This document shows positions 1-11,925 of a stretch of DNA of 64,000 nucleotides, in pieces. The translations under genes and the position numbers were made by a program. How positions within the stretch are numbered: position 1 is the stretch's first letter; each line of letters opens with the position of its first letter. Source of the stretch: Antedon mediterranea (taxonomy: Eukaryota > Animalia > Echinodermata); the NCBI RefSeq assembly GCF_964355755.1, contig NC_092674.1:22630001-22694000 (forward strand). Reading direction: 5' to 3'. The notes beneath the pieces were generated by a model. It did no database searches. It worked only from the letters and a program-made list of their open reading frames with translations, and had not been told where the DNA came from.

Positions 1-92
1 TTAACTTTATTAAAAATGCAAAATTGCCTATCCAAAGTGTTTGTTTTAATTAATTTTAATTGTTCATGTTTTTGGAGGACAATACATCTTTA
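1..92. mobile_element. Right end of Kolobok-like MITE (family K)
   Basis: Ends ...GGAGGACAATACATCT|TTAA. The same terminus recurs at about 4650, 21175, 26150, 36215 and 54305. A TTAA target with purine-purine TIR starts is the Kolobok signature. Confidence 0.5.
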
Positions 93-3000
93 AGTGCATT
101 TTCCAAACGATTAGTTGATAATAGGTGTTTCAACAACATGAATACATAACGACGAAGCCAATATGGAACATTTGATTTGCGATGACCAGGTCCGTGAACG
201 GTGAGAAAGCACGAACTTCTTTTCATGTATTTTGACTGTAGAAGAAGAATTTACCAGAAAAATAGATAATTATTTACCCGACACATACTGCTATTCAAAT
301 GCTATTCGAATATGTTTACTTTTGAGGAAATTCGTTTTGAGATACAAAATACATTGTTGTAACATAATAAAAAAATAAGTACTTTCATAGGCCCAAATGT
401 ATACAAAATAAATATTAAAACTGTAAAAATGGCTTATTTAATGTATGAATTTATTAATCTGAAATGTTCGCGTCTTTTGTGCAATACAATACAATTAATT
501 ATCCTATAATTGGCCCTTGGCTGTTGAATGGAATTGAAATTATAAATAAATATAGGCCTACCGGAAAATAAAGAAAGAAGTTGAGACACCGAGTCGTACA
601 TTGTGGACATTTACCAGACCTTAATTATTTAATTTGTTGATAATCGTTTATTCAAAACTAAAGATACACGTCACCTCCCCGATATTGGATCCAGACAATT
701 TTCAAATGTCGTTCATAACCTTCCCGGTAAAAATAAACGAAAAAATGCTTAAACTGTTTTGATATTATGTTAGCATTATCTAAAGTGTAAGAATAATAGG
801 AATTAATTAATGTATAAACGTGTAGTAACAAGTAGTGTGTAGGCCTACAACTACTGTAAATAAAGTGATCGATATTTACAATTGAAAACGAGTGTTCTTA
901 TATACCTAGGCATATATTTATATATTATATATTGTATACATTTTAAGTTACAGTTATATTGAACAATATAAAGCAGGCCGCGAAAGCTGAAAATTCGCAA
1001 TTATGTAACGATAGAGAAAAAAATCAAGTTCGGTGTTGTTGACAAGAAAAAGAGAAAAGTGGCTCTCGTGAACGAAATTTTAAAATTACTGTACAATCAG
1101 CAGAGCCTATGATATTTACAATTTCAGTCATCCAAATGTCAGAATGTACCATCGTAGACATTTGAACGTGGTTAACGCTTTCTATTGACGTCAGAATCAA
1201 TTTAGCTGCCTGTGTTATGTCTATACCTGATGAAAACAGAGCCTTGGCTGATGCTGTATGTAATTGTTATTACCTGTGTTTAGTGCGCAAAGGCAGGTTC
1301 ACACAGGAGTAAGGTTTTTTTTTTAATTTAAAAGCCTATAGTTCTCATTAGTACTGTAGCTCTCCGCCTGAAGTTAAGGGGTTTGTTAAATACTTTTGTT
1401 AAAAATAGCAATATCAACGGACTCGTTTCCAATAGACATATTTCTAGGTTGGTTTTAAACATCTTCGATTCTTAACCGTCTTCAAAGTTTGGATCTAACC
1501 TTCTAGTTTAGCCGTCTTTTTTCGCTTCATCGCCAGTTTTACCCTTTTTTAAGTTGGGATCTAAGCACTTTTTTGTGCCTAGTTTGGAATCTAGCTAACT
1601 TTTCTTAAAATGCAACATTTTTAGTCTTTTTTAAACTATCTTAAATGTTGAATAATGTTAATTGAATTATCTTCTTTCTACATCGATGCAACAAACATAC
1701 TTTTAACATTATAGTTCGCATGTTAGTATTGTTCCCTTTGACAAGTATTCCTATAAATAGAACATTTCTTAAAAGCAAGATTTATGTTTGAGTCACGCTG
1801 TAGACCACGTTGTGATTTCCGCCAGCTTATGAATAGTATACATTCTCCATTCTGACAAGCAAATACCAATTTGTCATTCACATTTAAATGCATTATAACC
1901 CCATAGCGTCATTTAGGAACACGCTAAAATACAGCAAATTACCTGCACGAACTCATTTAGCAATTTCCCGTCACTTTAGGCAGAAACGACAGTACGTCTC
2001 TCTAATCAACAAAACGAGAAAATGATTTCGAAAATTTTCTTATGCCGCGTATACAGAAATAAAGACCTTGACGAAAATGTGTTTACTGTATTATATTGTC
2101 ATAGTCATACTATAATGCAAATTGTTTGACAATGTGCTCCAAAGGCGCTATATCGGCGCAATGGATTGGTATGACAATCTAAAACATATAGCACCTATTC
2201 TATTTTTTTGTTTCTTTATTGTTGTTGTTTATAAATCATTAAGTATATATAAATTTGAATTTAGAAATAGACTTTAAGCAGATACCACCATTAACAAAAT
2301 AGAAAAAAACATTACAATGAGGTTACTGAACAATAATTAATTAGGCCTAAATAAATAAATAGAGCAAAATAAAGGTAGAGTGGTTTATAACATATATCTA
2401 TAACATATTATATATATTCTTCTGTGGCTGTATTATTATTATTATTTCACTTTTATTATAAAACCACATAAATTAAATTAGGCCTACAGGTCGTGGCCAA
2501 ATTCCAAATTGAATGTAATTTTTACAAAAACAATAAACATATATATAAAAAATAACCGTGTTATTTCTGCACTAAAATTCGGAATTTTGTTAAAGTTGTA
2601 CTTTGTATACTATTTGCCATAATCATTACCCTTGTGAGGTGTTCCCCCGAATGATCTTCGTAAAATCAAACGGTACTGGGTATGATCAACTAGCGTTCTT
2701 TTCACAACTAGCCATCCATTCATTGAAGTAATGATGTACTGTAGTAGCCTATCTGTCGGCGACTATAGAATGGACCCGAGCCATGACTTACCACGACTTT
2801 TAGTTGATAGAAGATTGAAAACATTTTTATGAACAGTTGTACGTAAATGTTTTATGAAATTATGTCAATGGTGTTTACATAATATGTGTTAGTATAAACA
2901 GTTTGAATTTTATAAGGAAGAAACGCAAAGAGGTTATGGAGCGGCTTTTCCTGAATATGCAATACTAACCGTAGTTTGAAATTATACATTTAAGGCGGTA

Positions 3001-4097
3001 CTATCAAAGTTCAAACGTCTATGCCTGCTACGTTTCGATTTTCAATATTAAACTTGACCTGAACAAAACGTCCTAGAGTGTTGTATGCGATCGCCGCCAT
3101 ATTTGAAGTTAACCGCCTCACAGAAATGTTGATCTAATATTGTGTAATAAAAATGAATACAATAGGCTATAACATCACGATCAGCTTTGTACTGATCACC
3201 AGAGACTGGTGACTGATTGCTGCTCGTTCGTAAGCTTTTCCTTTAACCCTTGTTTTTTTTTTATTAATAACAAATCTATCGAAAAACACAAGAAAATTAA
3301 TGATAAAGAAAAAAATATAAGAAATATGAACATTTTGAATGTAATACATTTATTAATGTTATATAATGTATAAATGAAACATGATAATATAAAGATGTTA
3401 AGATTATGATGCGGTGATACGTGTAAATAGAATGTGATATTCACGCCAGAAAAAGAAAAAAACCAAACATTCAGTGTGCGTCGTCTATATACCCGTTCCA
3501 ATTTTGAATATAATATGGAACAATGGTTTACTTTAGAACGTTGGGTGTGTTATACAAAATAATGAATGTTTATGAGTGCATTTGCACACATATTTGTGCT
3601 TTACGTCATAGTAGCCATCATTTTAAATCCCGTTGGTTTTTTTAAAGAATTATTTTGTGATTTCACATTAAGAATTCATTATAAAGACCTATTAAGAAGT
3701 ATACTATCTTCCTATTATATTAACACTTGACACCTAAACATGTCACGTGATAATTAATAGTATGCACTCCTATAGGCCGATCCACAAAGGTATTAGTGCT
3801 TGAGGAAATAGGACCGAAATGACTCGAAGTGTAAATTATCGATATTTAGGCTAAAGCTTATAAGCCTAGAGATTTAATTGTACGTAAAAAATCAGTGATA
3901 TTGTCCTTAGAAGCCATTAGTGATTAAGAATCTCCAGGCATCTCTACAAAATGACACCTTCAATTCACATCGTGCCGTCAAACTAATACAACATTTGCTT
4001 AATGCTAAACTAAAGGTGATAGTTGTGCAGCGTGTTACATCAAAAGGAAAAGTAACATTTTCGTATTTCCAATACGTACTGCAAGTGTGAATATATT

Positions 4098-4366
4098 GCA
4101 CGACTTATCCGAACGAGAACTCGTTCAAGGGGTGTACATTGCGATAACGCGTTTGCGTTATAAAATGCACGGCTTATTCAAACGAGAACGCGTTTGCGGT
4201 ATAGGCCTACATTGCCCGGCTTTGTTCGAATGAGAACGCTCAAGGGGTCGAAATTGTGCGGTTTATTCGAACGAGAATGCGTTTGCGGTATAAAATGCAC
4301 GGCTTACTGGAACGTAAACGCGTTTGTGTCATAAAATGTACGGCTTATTCCAAAAAGAACGCGTTT
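4098..4366. repeat. Degenerate minisatellite, unit about 41 bp
   Basis: Repeated GCACGGCTTATTCGAACGAGAACGCGTTTGCGGTATAAAAT variants, about 6 copies. Confidence 0.85.
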
Positions 4367-4392
4367 ATTGTAATTCTCTACTTTCTTGTGTA

Positions 4393-4652
4393 TGTATATA
4401 TTGTCCCCCCAAAAAATGAAAAATAAAGACTAATACAATCAGACTTTGAATAGATTATTTTGTAGTCTTAATAAATTTTAAATAGCTTTTCACTTTTAAC
4501 TTGACTAGGCCTAAATAAATGGTTAAATTAAACCAAAAACCCATTGGCTGGCAGCCGGCGGTAAATTCTTATTTTACTTTTGTCGATCAAATTTTCGGTC
4601 AAAGTGAATATCTATATTTATTCATATTTTTTCAAGGGGACAACATATTTAA
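4393..4652. mobile_element. Kolobok-like MITE (family K)
   Basis: Inverted termini TATATTGTCCCCCC ... GGGGACAACATATTTAA, about 260 bp apart. Confidence 0.5.
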
Positions 4653-5244
4653 TATTTCTATTAACCATATTATTATTTAAACCTTTACACATTGATACTG
4701 TATTTTAGTCAAATTTAATGTTATATATTTTACGTATATTGATTTTGACATTGAGGACATCAATACTCATTCGAGACTGGCATTCTGGAAATTGTTTAAT
4801 ATAAAGCTATCATTTTTGGTGTTTTATGTGCCAAGTATATACCTATTTACAAATCATTTGAGGTCACGCCTTCGAACTAGTTACCATGTTAAAGATTAGT
4901 AATATTTGTTTTCTGACGAATTGCATGTGACAATAATGACATTTTGCCGAAGTGTTAGTTGTCATTCAAAATTGAGTAGAGTGGAAATTGAACAATACGT
5001 GATCGTAATCGAAATTGAACGATTCGGCATTGTTTGCTTTTTGTAGATGGAAATCATTTAGAGTTTGCGAATTGTTACTAACGTAGTGTAAGGCGATTCT
5101 CAGCTAGATTGAAATTTGAAGGGCGTACGTAAGCGCGAAAGAAAACATGAATTCATTTGCGTTTTAGCAGAATTAATTGTGACGGTCTGAACGAAAAAGT
5201 TCAACGAAGATTCACAAAACTTTGTTGAATCGGAATTGCAAGAA

Positions 5245-6385
5245 CTAGATGGTCCTCTCGCTTCGCTCGCGTACCATTTGGGTCGTGACCACAGCTAGTT
5301 ATCAAATACACAGTAATTTCAGCGTAACAAGATGGCGATTTCAAATGTAGTAGGACTATAATAATTAATGTCGTTATGTCGAATAAATAGACATGGTTTA
5401 TGTAGTCAACTAAAATTAGCACCCTGAGAATTACTTACATTTAAACAAACCCAGTTTTTGTTTTTTTACGTAACATTAAGGTTTGGGGATTTTAAAGAGG
5501 ATGGCGCAAAGAGGAATCATGGGCATATTCTTTATCCGTAACGACATTTTGTTAATGTTTTTAAATAATATACCACTAAACACAGTAAATCATTTTCGAT
5601 GTAATACTTTGTTGAAACTGTCACTGTCATAGTCGATTGAAATATTAAAATATATGTAACGATACATCACTACGACATTTATATTGTAATTATTAATTAA
5701 TAGTCATTTATTTGTATAATTATGTGTTTAAGCAGTACCCACACTCACTACGTAAGACATTTTCGCTTTAAATGAAGGGAGTAAATGGTTTATGTATTTA
5801 TTGTCAAAGGTTTTTAATTTATCCCCCAAGGGCCCATAATTTTAATAAACTGACTTGTGTTATACCAAATAATTATACTGGGAGACTGAGGGATTGGAAT
5901 GTTCCATTCATCTCCAAGCAAGACGTTTGTATAAACGTATATTAAATCTATCAAAATAGTATGTTTTTAAGAAAATCGCCTTGTCTTCGACATTATTATG
6001 CTGTACTCGACCTGTTTAATCAATTTTCAGCTATTAAAAACAATTACCGTAGAAGGAGGTATTATTGTGTGCGGGTAATTTTAGTTCGATTCGGTCGATT
6101 GGTTGGTCGGTCGGTGTCGGTTAAATTTGCGCACGCGACTGCAGCCATGTATATGGCCTTGTTCAGCATCGACTTCCATTAGACAGTGTATACCACGATC
6201 GGGAAGCACCTCTATTTGGAGCAAATCGTTGAATTTGTTTTAATCATCAATAAATAATTATCTAACTCAACTTAATTAGTAAACAGGGTTACATTAGGTA
6301 GTTGAAATCTTTGCGAACGTATGGCCCAACTTTATATACCATCGAGTAAAAAAAGTAACGCGCTATTTACCAAATGTTGCCCTTA
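5245..6385 (-). mobile_element. 5'-truncated non-autonomous Helitron (copy 1)
   Basis: Collinear with 13988-15390. Minus-strand 3' end is hairpin + CTAG|T at 5245-5248. Confidence 0.75.
6079..6163 (+). mobile_element. DINE-1/HINE-like (Helentron-associated) short element inserted in Helitron copy 1
   Basis: GTCG/GTTG microsatellite, GCACGCGACT sub-TIR and terminal GCCATGTATATGGCC hairpin + TTGTT. Absent from the homologous T-run in copy 2 (about 15157). Confidence 0.7.
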
Positions 6386-7139
6386 TGTAAATTAATAAAG
6401 TAAATAGTAAATACTGTATAATAAATAATAGTAAAGTAATAGCTAGTGTATATTCGACCTCTCTGCCTAGCCTAAGCAATTGAGGTAGACTGAATTAAAA
6501 GAGACGTTCCGCTAGATTGAGGGTGTGGACCGGTAACAATATGAGAATTGAGAATATGAAAATTGCCAAATTTCCCAAAACTGATGTTCTGTTCTGTTTT
6601 TGTTTCTGGGATCGCACCGCATATTGTGAGTGCCACCGATTCAAAGATGCGATTCAAATTTGTGTTTCGTGAAAGTTTCGATATCTCAACACTACAAAAA
6701 TAAAAACAATGAATATTTGTCCATCAACAAATCACTTTTTGCTCTGCATTAGTTAATCAGCTACCGCAAAGTAAAAATATATTTAATGGTTCTATTAAAT
6801 GGCTCTATTGTACGGTTAGCTTCTTGTAAACAATAAACGCGAGGCTGATACGATGACTACACGGTCTAATATCCAAGAATTGCCTTTGTGAATGACATCC
6901 TTATTGCCGTATTATAGTCTTCGACATTGATTACAGATGAAAGCAGCGGATTAATGAAATAAAAGTTTACATTAGAACAAGAGTGTGTAATATAAAAGAC
7001 AAATAATGTAGGGGAACGACCTGAGCTGGATTGAGCACGGGTGTGGACAAACTTTCTTCTCAGCTTCCGGCTCTTCGTGTCGGCTGCTGCCACCAAACAG
7101 CGATCATTCGTCTTTCCACAACGACATCGGCTGAATGGA

Positions 7140-7232
7140 CCAGTACACCGGGGTAACCTGCTATTCTTCCGAAAGATGTATTGGTTTGTTTAAAGTGCAT
7201 ACGAGTCAGATGTGTGACACTGGACCTCCACA
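7140..7232 (-). mobile_element. Partial V-domain SINE
   Basis: Diverged match to 38368-38452 (ACACCGGGGTAACC...GAAAGATGTA...TTTAAAGTGCA...ACACTGGACCT). Confidence 0.6.
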
Positions 7233-8243
7233 TTTGCACATAGGCGCAGTATTGGTCTAGCACCGAAAAACATGAAATAACCAGAATATAGAACCAGCCT
7301 ATATCTTTAGCTAATTTGGCACATTTAAGCATATAATTACCTATATTATAACCTAGAACCTATACTGCGCCTTGCTCCAATTTTAATTCCTTATCCATGA
7401 AAAATAATATTATTTTTATTCGTTGAATGAGGAGAATATTTTCATTTGTCGAAAGATTGACGCCCTTTTTAACTAGAATAGAATCAATTTTTCAGCTCAT
7501 GAAAATATTCTCCCTATTCAACTCATGTAAACATTATTTGTATAATATTAGCAGTATGTCATGTCGTCGTAAAAAAAACGGTTTTATCTCAAGCAAACAA
7601 TGCCATCTTCTCCTTGCGCTTGATTGATCATTTTAGTGTATTCTATGGAGGACGAACGTGTTGATTAATGTGTGCTTAGCATAAGGTTGATGGCTCAATG
7701 GGCAATATTGAAGTAAATGAAGAAGAGTAAACTGGCTTAATCAATTAAGAATATTTAACATAGATTTTAGGGTTAAGTGGTGTTGATTCTAATTAGTGTA
7801 AAGTTGCATTAATGGATAAATGAAATATCCGAACATCTGCAGTGAACGGTTCCATTTTGATAATTACTTTTAAGCTAACGTTTTTTTAAAGTCAACCATG
7901 ACATTTTATTCATATTTTTACTTGCCAGCTGACAATAATTTCGATATCGTCTTCTCATAGCTCATATTAAGCATACAAACTTAAGTTGTCTTTTTTCTTT
8001 GAATGCCATGAGTTTTAAATTGATTTCCATCTTTTGCATTATGGATTCCATAATATATAGTATTAGTATAAATAATTAACTTATTTAATCGCATTAAAGG
8101 TATCTTTGACAGAGATATTTACGTAAGCCCTAAATCAAATTTTGATTCTTCTAAATAAAGACATTAAATCATTGAATTTGGTTTTTAACACACCTGAACA
8201 GAATTTTGAATTTGATTGGGGGATTTGGGTCACATTGTATTCA

Positions 8244-8266
8244 ATATATATATATATATATATATA
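8244..8266. repeat. (TA)n microsatellite
   Basis: Direct reading. Confidence 0.95.
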
Positions 8267-8649
8267 CTATTAAACTGTGCTGTTGACTGCGCGTTCGGAA
8301 TTCAACAGGGAGGGTCACGGCGTCTATATACTCCGCGTATGTTATTGGATTGTTGCCTTTTTGAATGGTTTAGGCATTGGTCTTGTCTCTCGTTATAATG
8401 GGTGTGTTGTAAAACAAAAAATAGGGCATGATAAATCCATTCGGTGACACTTCTCTTCGGTGACATTTTAAATGTTCTATTTTCACTTCATAAACGTATT
8501 TGTTCCATTGCACGCATAACAATTATGTATAATTTTGTATAATATTGAGAGCTTAATGTTAGGGTTTGAATTTAGTAAAATGTATTACAATTAAAATATA
8601 ATAGTTTATATATTATATCTCAACCGTATAATAGTAATAGTAAATAACA

Positions 8650-8862
8650 ATTATTTTATTTACCTGACGTTTCGCCAACTATCAGTTGTCTTTCTCAAAG
8701 TGTAGTGACACGTATGTCACCGTTGACCTGTAGATGACGGGGTCAACACATTGGTCCACACTTGACTGAGTTTGTAACCGCCCTCATCTCTATTAAAATT
8801 GGGGGTCTTCCTGATCCAGATGGATTCCTTAACCCAGCGTCTTAATCTGACCGATTCCCTGT
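8650..8862 (-). mobile_element. Penelope-like element (PLE), 3' part: C-terminus of the GIY-YIG endonuclease plus pLTR sequence
   Basis: Minus-strand translation NRESVRLRRWVKESIWIRKTPNFNRDEGGYKLSQVWTNVL matches the PLE R-x-x-K-E-x-I-x-I...N-R-D-x-G...W motif and is followed by a hammerhead-like motif. Confidence 0.85.
8661..8702 (-). ncRNA. Minimal type I hammerhead-ribozyme-like motif of the PLE
   Basis: Minus strand reads CTTTGAGAAA-GACAACT GAT AGTTGGC-GAAACGTC|AGG: variant core (UUGAGAA for CUGANGA), stem II, GAAA, palindromic ACGT and a GUC cleavage triplet. Confidence 0.6.
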
Positions 8863-10192
8863 TAGTTGGGGAGCCAGAAGGGGTTTACCTGCACCCTCTA
8901 GCAAACTATATTAACAATGTTTTTTTTGCTTCCATATATCAACACGAATCGATTTTTTGCTGTTGGCCGAAAAAAATTGGGATGCTTGGTCAGTACAGGG
9001 GCCAAAAGGTAAACATGGTCAAAATATAGACCCTGCATAACTTGGTAACTACTGGGTGTATTGGAATAATTCTGGTGTCAAAATAATCAAAATACCCATA
9101 TTTATATTCACTCTAACTGAAAATTTTTCCCAAAAGTGAATGGAAACCCCTTTTCTGACCACTGGTCAAGAAAAAGGCCATATGAACATCTCAGCAACCG
9201 CTGGTCAGAAAGTGATAATTTTAGTCTCAAATTACTCGCAAAGTATATGTTTCTATTTGACTTAATATAATAAAAATCATAACAATGACAATAAACCCGT
9301 TATTTTGACCTTTGACATAGAGCCGGTACAACTATTTTTGACTTTCATCACATTTTACATATCTCAGAAACTGTTTGGCATAACGTTGTACTTGGTGTCA
9401 AAATACTCAGAAAACCCATATTTCTATTCACTCTAATGGACAAAATTTGGTTTTTTACCATTGGTAAAAGAAATTGCCATATCAATATCTCAGCAACCAC
9501 TGGTTAGAAAGTTGTAATTTTAGTCTCAAATTAATCGCTACGTAAATCTTTATCAATTAATCAATCATTCGATTTATATTGCGCGATTCCAACAGTCATT
9601 ACTCATGTTTAGTAGTGACTTAGAGGTGCTCAATAATGATGTTTGTTTAATGTTTAAAGGTAGGTTTGCTTTAATACAATAGAAATACACAAAATGTCAA
9701 GAAACACATTATTTTGACATTTAACCTATACATAGCGGGTGCAAATAACTTTGCATGGACCACATTTTATATTAAATAACAGGCGAACATTTTTGTTGGA
9801 ATCACTAATAATTTAATGCAAGAAGCAACAAACAGTACCAGGTTTGTTATAAAAAGTACACAGTAAATCTTAAATCACACTACAGCAGCTGTATGTGATT
9901 TGTTTTTTAATTTAACAATTCTAAATAACGTTTAACGTTTATTAATAAAGATTTCTACACTGTATACTAATTTACATATTGTTGTTTATCTTATTATTTA
10001 ATCATCATCGCTTTCATCCGAATCACTAATATCGTCAAATTCTGCCTCGTGATATTCGTCACTATCTGTACTCTCTGCATTGTCTATATCCTCCAATAAA
10101 TCTATTAGTGATGGAGGCAACACTGCAACATCTGACCAAAGAGGTTCAATTAAACCCATTTCATTCTTGATCCAACCATGTTCTTTTGTTGG
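8863..10192 (-). mobile_element. Academ-type DNA transposon, 3' arm (protein C-terminus, 3' UTR, subterminal repeats, TAG terminus)
   Basis: Begins TAGTTGGGG exactly where PLE homology stops. Contains about 320-bp-period direct repeats (about 9070-9250 and 9390-9550). ORF 10207-9998 encodes PTKEHGW...EPLWSD..LPPSLIDLL plus an acidic tail, the continuation of the 10200-11678 protein. Confidence 0.6.
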
Positions 10193-10199
10193 GATTTGT

Positions 10200-11678
10200 A
10201 AATCCATTGTATATCATCTGGGGCACCAGTTACAACCAATGTTGAAGCTGACATTTTGGATGCTGAAACTATTGGACGGAAACAAAAACAGAAGTTTGTC
10301 AAAGACAGGCTACTCAGTGAGGATCCAATCGATTTTTTTAACAAAATTCAAAAAAACAAATTAAAGAGCATGGAAATTAACAACAAGACTAAACTTACCT
10401 CAACACTGCAGGCAAACTAATTCAATATCAAGACCAGTGTAATCTAGCATTTACGCTACTTATTAAATCTCAAAACCAAAACCTCCCAATTAAACTGGAT
10501 GAATTGATGACATATTGCCTTACACCTGTACCATATAGCCTCAGTACTCCGGATGGATATTTTAACAAAACAAGGCACAGATGATTCCATAGCGAATTTA
10601 AAAAAGACACCTCTGCCACTTCCGTCACTTTGCATTAAAGATGGAAATGCTGTATTTCATTCTATATCAACATCATGTCTACCTGACACATTTGGAGGAA
10701 TATGTATAAAAGTATTGGATTCCCTTCGTGATACTATCTGGACCAAAGACACGCAAACCAACAGATATGAAAAGGTTCCTTATGAATAATGGTAACAAAG
10801 AGCAACTAATTGATTTGTTGTTGACAGTTTGGAGCAGTGAGCAAGCGATTACCAGAATTTTAGGTCGAGACATAACTTTAATTTCAAAAGGCAGTGCCTA
10901 TAAATTAATACCTTCAGATATTAATGGTCCAATCAAAATTGAAGAGATATTCAACTTAAAATCGAATCAGGAAGAAATGGACACACAGGTTATACTCTAC
11001 ATAAAATGGGCAGGACGAGGGATGCTACAAATCTGTGGTAGTAAGAAGTCCCGATACTGACATTTTTCATTAAATTATATTATGTAAATGAAATATCAAC
11101 AACAATATTTTTTGAAACTGGGACTGGGAAGAACAAACGCATTATCAATGTAACTGAAATTGCAAAATCATTTGGGAAAGAATAGGCCTACTGTGCGTCA
11201 CTGCTTGGCCTCCATGTATATACAGGTGAAGATTGCAACAGTTCATTTAAAGGAAAAGGGAAAGCTCAGCCACTAAAATTAATGCAAAATCAACCACTCT
11301 ACCAAAACACATTTGCTTCTCTTGGCAATGGATGGGAAATTGATAATGACATTTGTCAACAGTTAAAAAGATTTACCTGTGGAATGTATGGTTTTAAAAG
11401 AAGTGGATGTATAGACGATATTCGATTTATGTTGATTAAAAAGCAAATAGGCGAAGGGGAAAAGTTGACACCAATATCAAGAGTAGATATTTCCCGATTA
11501 CCACCATGCAAGAGTAGTCTTAATATGCACATAAGAAGAGTTAATTATAGACTATGTCAACTAAAGCATTCTCATATACCAACTACCTGCACCAACAAAA
11601 GAACATGGTTGGATCAAGAATGAAATGGGTTAATTGAACCTCTTTGGTCAGATGTTCCAGTGTTGCCTCCATCACTAA
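10200..11678 (+). pseudogene. Frameshifted AcademX-like transposon protein (XPG/FEN-like nuclease region)
   Basis: Motifs across frames: ISSGAP..DILDA..G...F..RL, LTPVPYSL, DGNAVFH, NNGNKEQL, SNQEEMDTQVILY, SPDTDIF, FETGTGKNKR, LGLHVYTGEDCNSSFKGKGK, RLPPCKSSLNMHIRRVNY, EHGW. EEADT/SxDTD/GxD..GKGK are PIN/XPG-H3TH-type motifs, and AcademX is the DNA transposon lineage known to encode an XPG domain. Confidence 0.7.
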
Positions 11679-11925
11679 GGTCTCACTGTGGTGCAACCCC
11701 TGCTTTTTTTAAATGTCGTTGCACTACCTCCGTTACTCCTTTTACATATGGGATGACTACCATCGTTTTGGTGTTTGGCTTGTCCAATTTTACCCTAGGT
11801 TTGTTGTCTTTAGTTGTGTTCATGTCGGTTTGTACTTTTTTGAAAACCCACTTAGGATAACCACACTGTGCCAGAGCATATTTGATGTGACGTTCCTCTT
11901 TGTTTTTACCTGTCTGCTCAGTTAT
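11679..11925 (-). mobile_element. Penelope-like element, 5' part (RT thumb to GIY-YIG linker)
   Basis: EERHIKYALAQCGYPKW...VVIPYVKGVTEVVQRHLKKAGVA is the characteristic PLE GYP...IPY-x-x-G linker. Same strand as 8650-8862. Confidence 0.85.

Noticed and set aside
4098-4366. CRISPR-like regularly spaced repeats
   Set aside because: Units are contiguous, degenerate tandem copies with no unique spacers and no cas genes, in a eukaryotic context.
10200-11678. Host XPG/FEN1 DNA-repair gene
   Set aside because: Intronless, frameshifted, nested in a retroelement and joined to subterminal repeats, which fits transposon origin.
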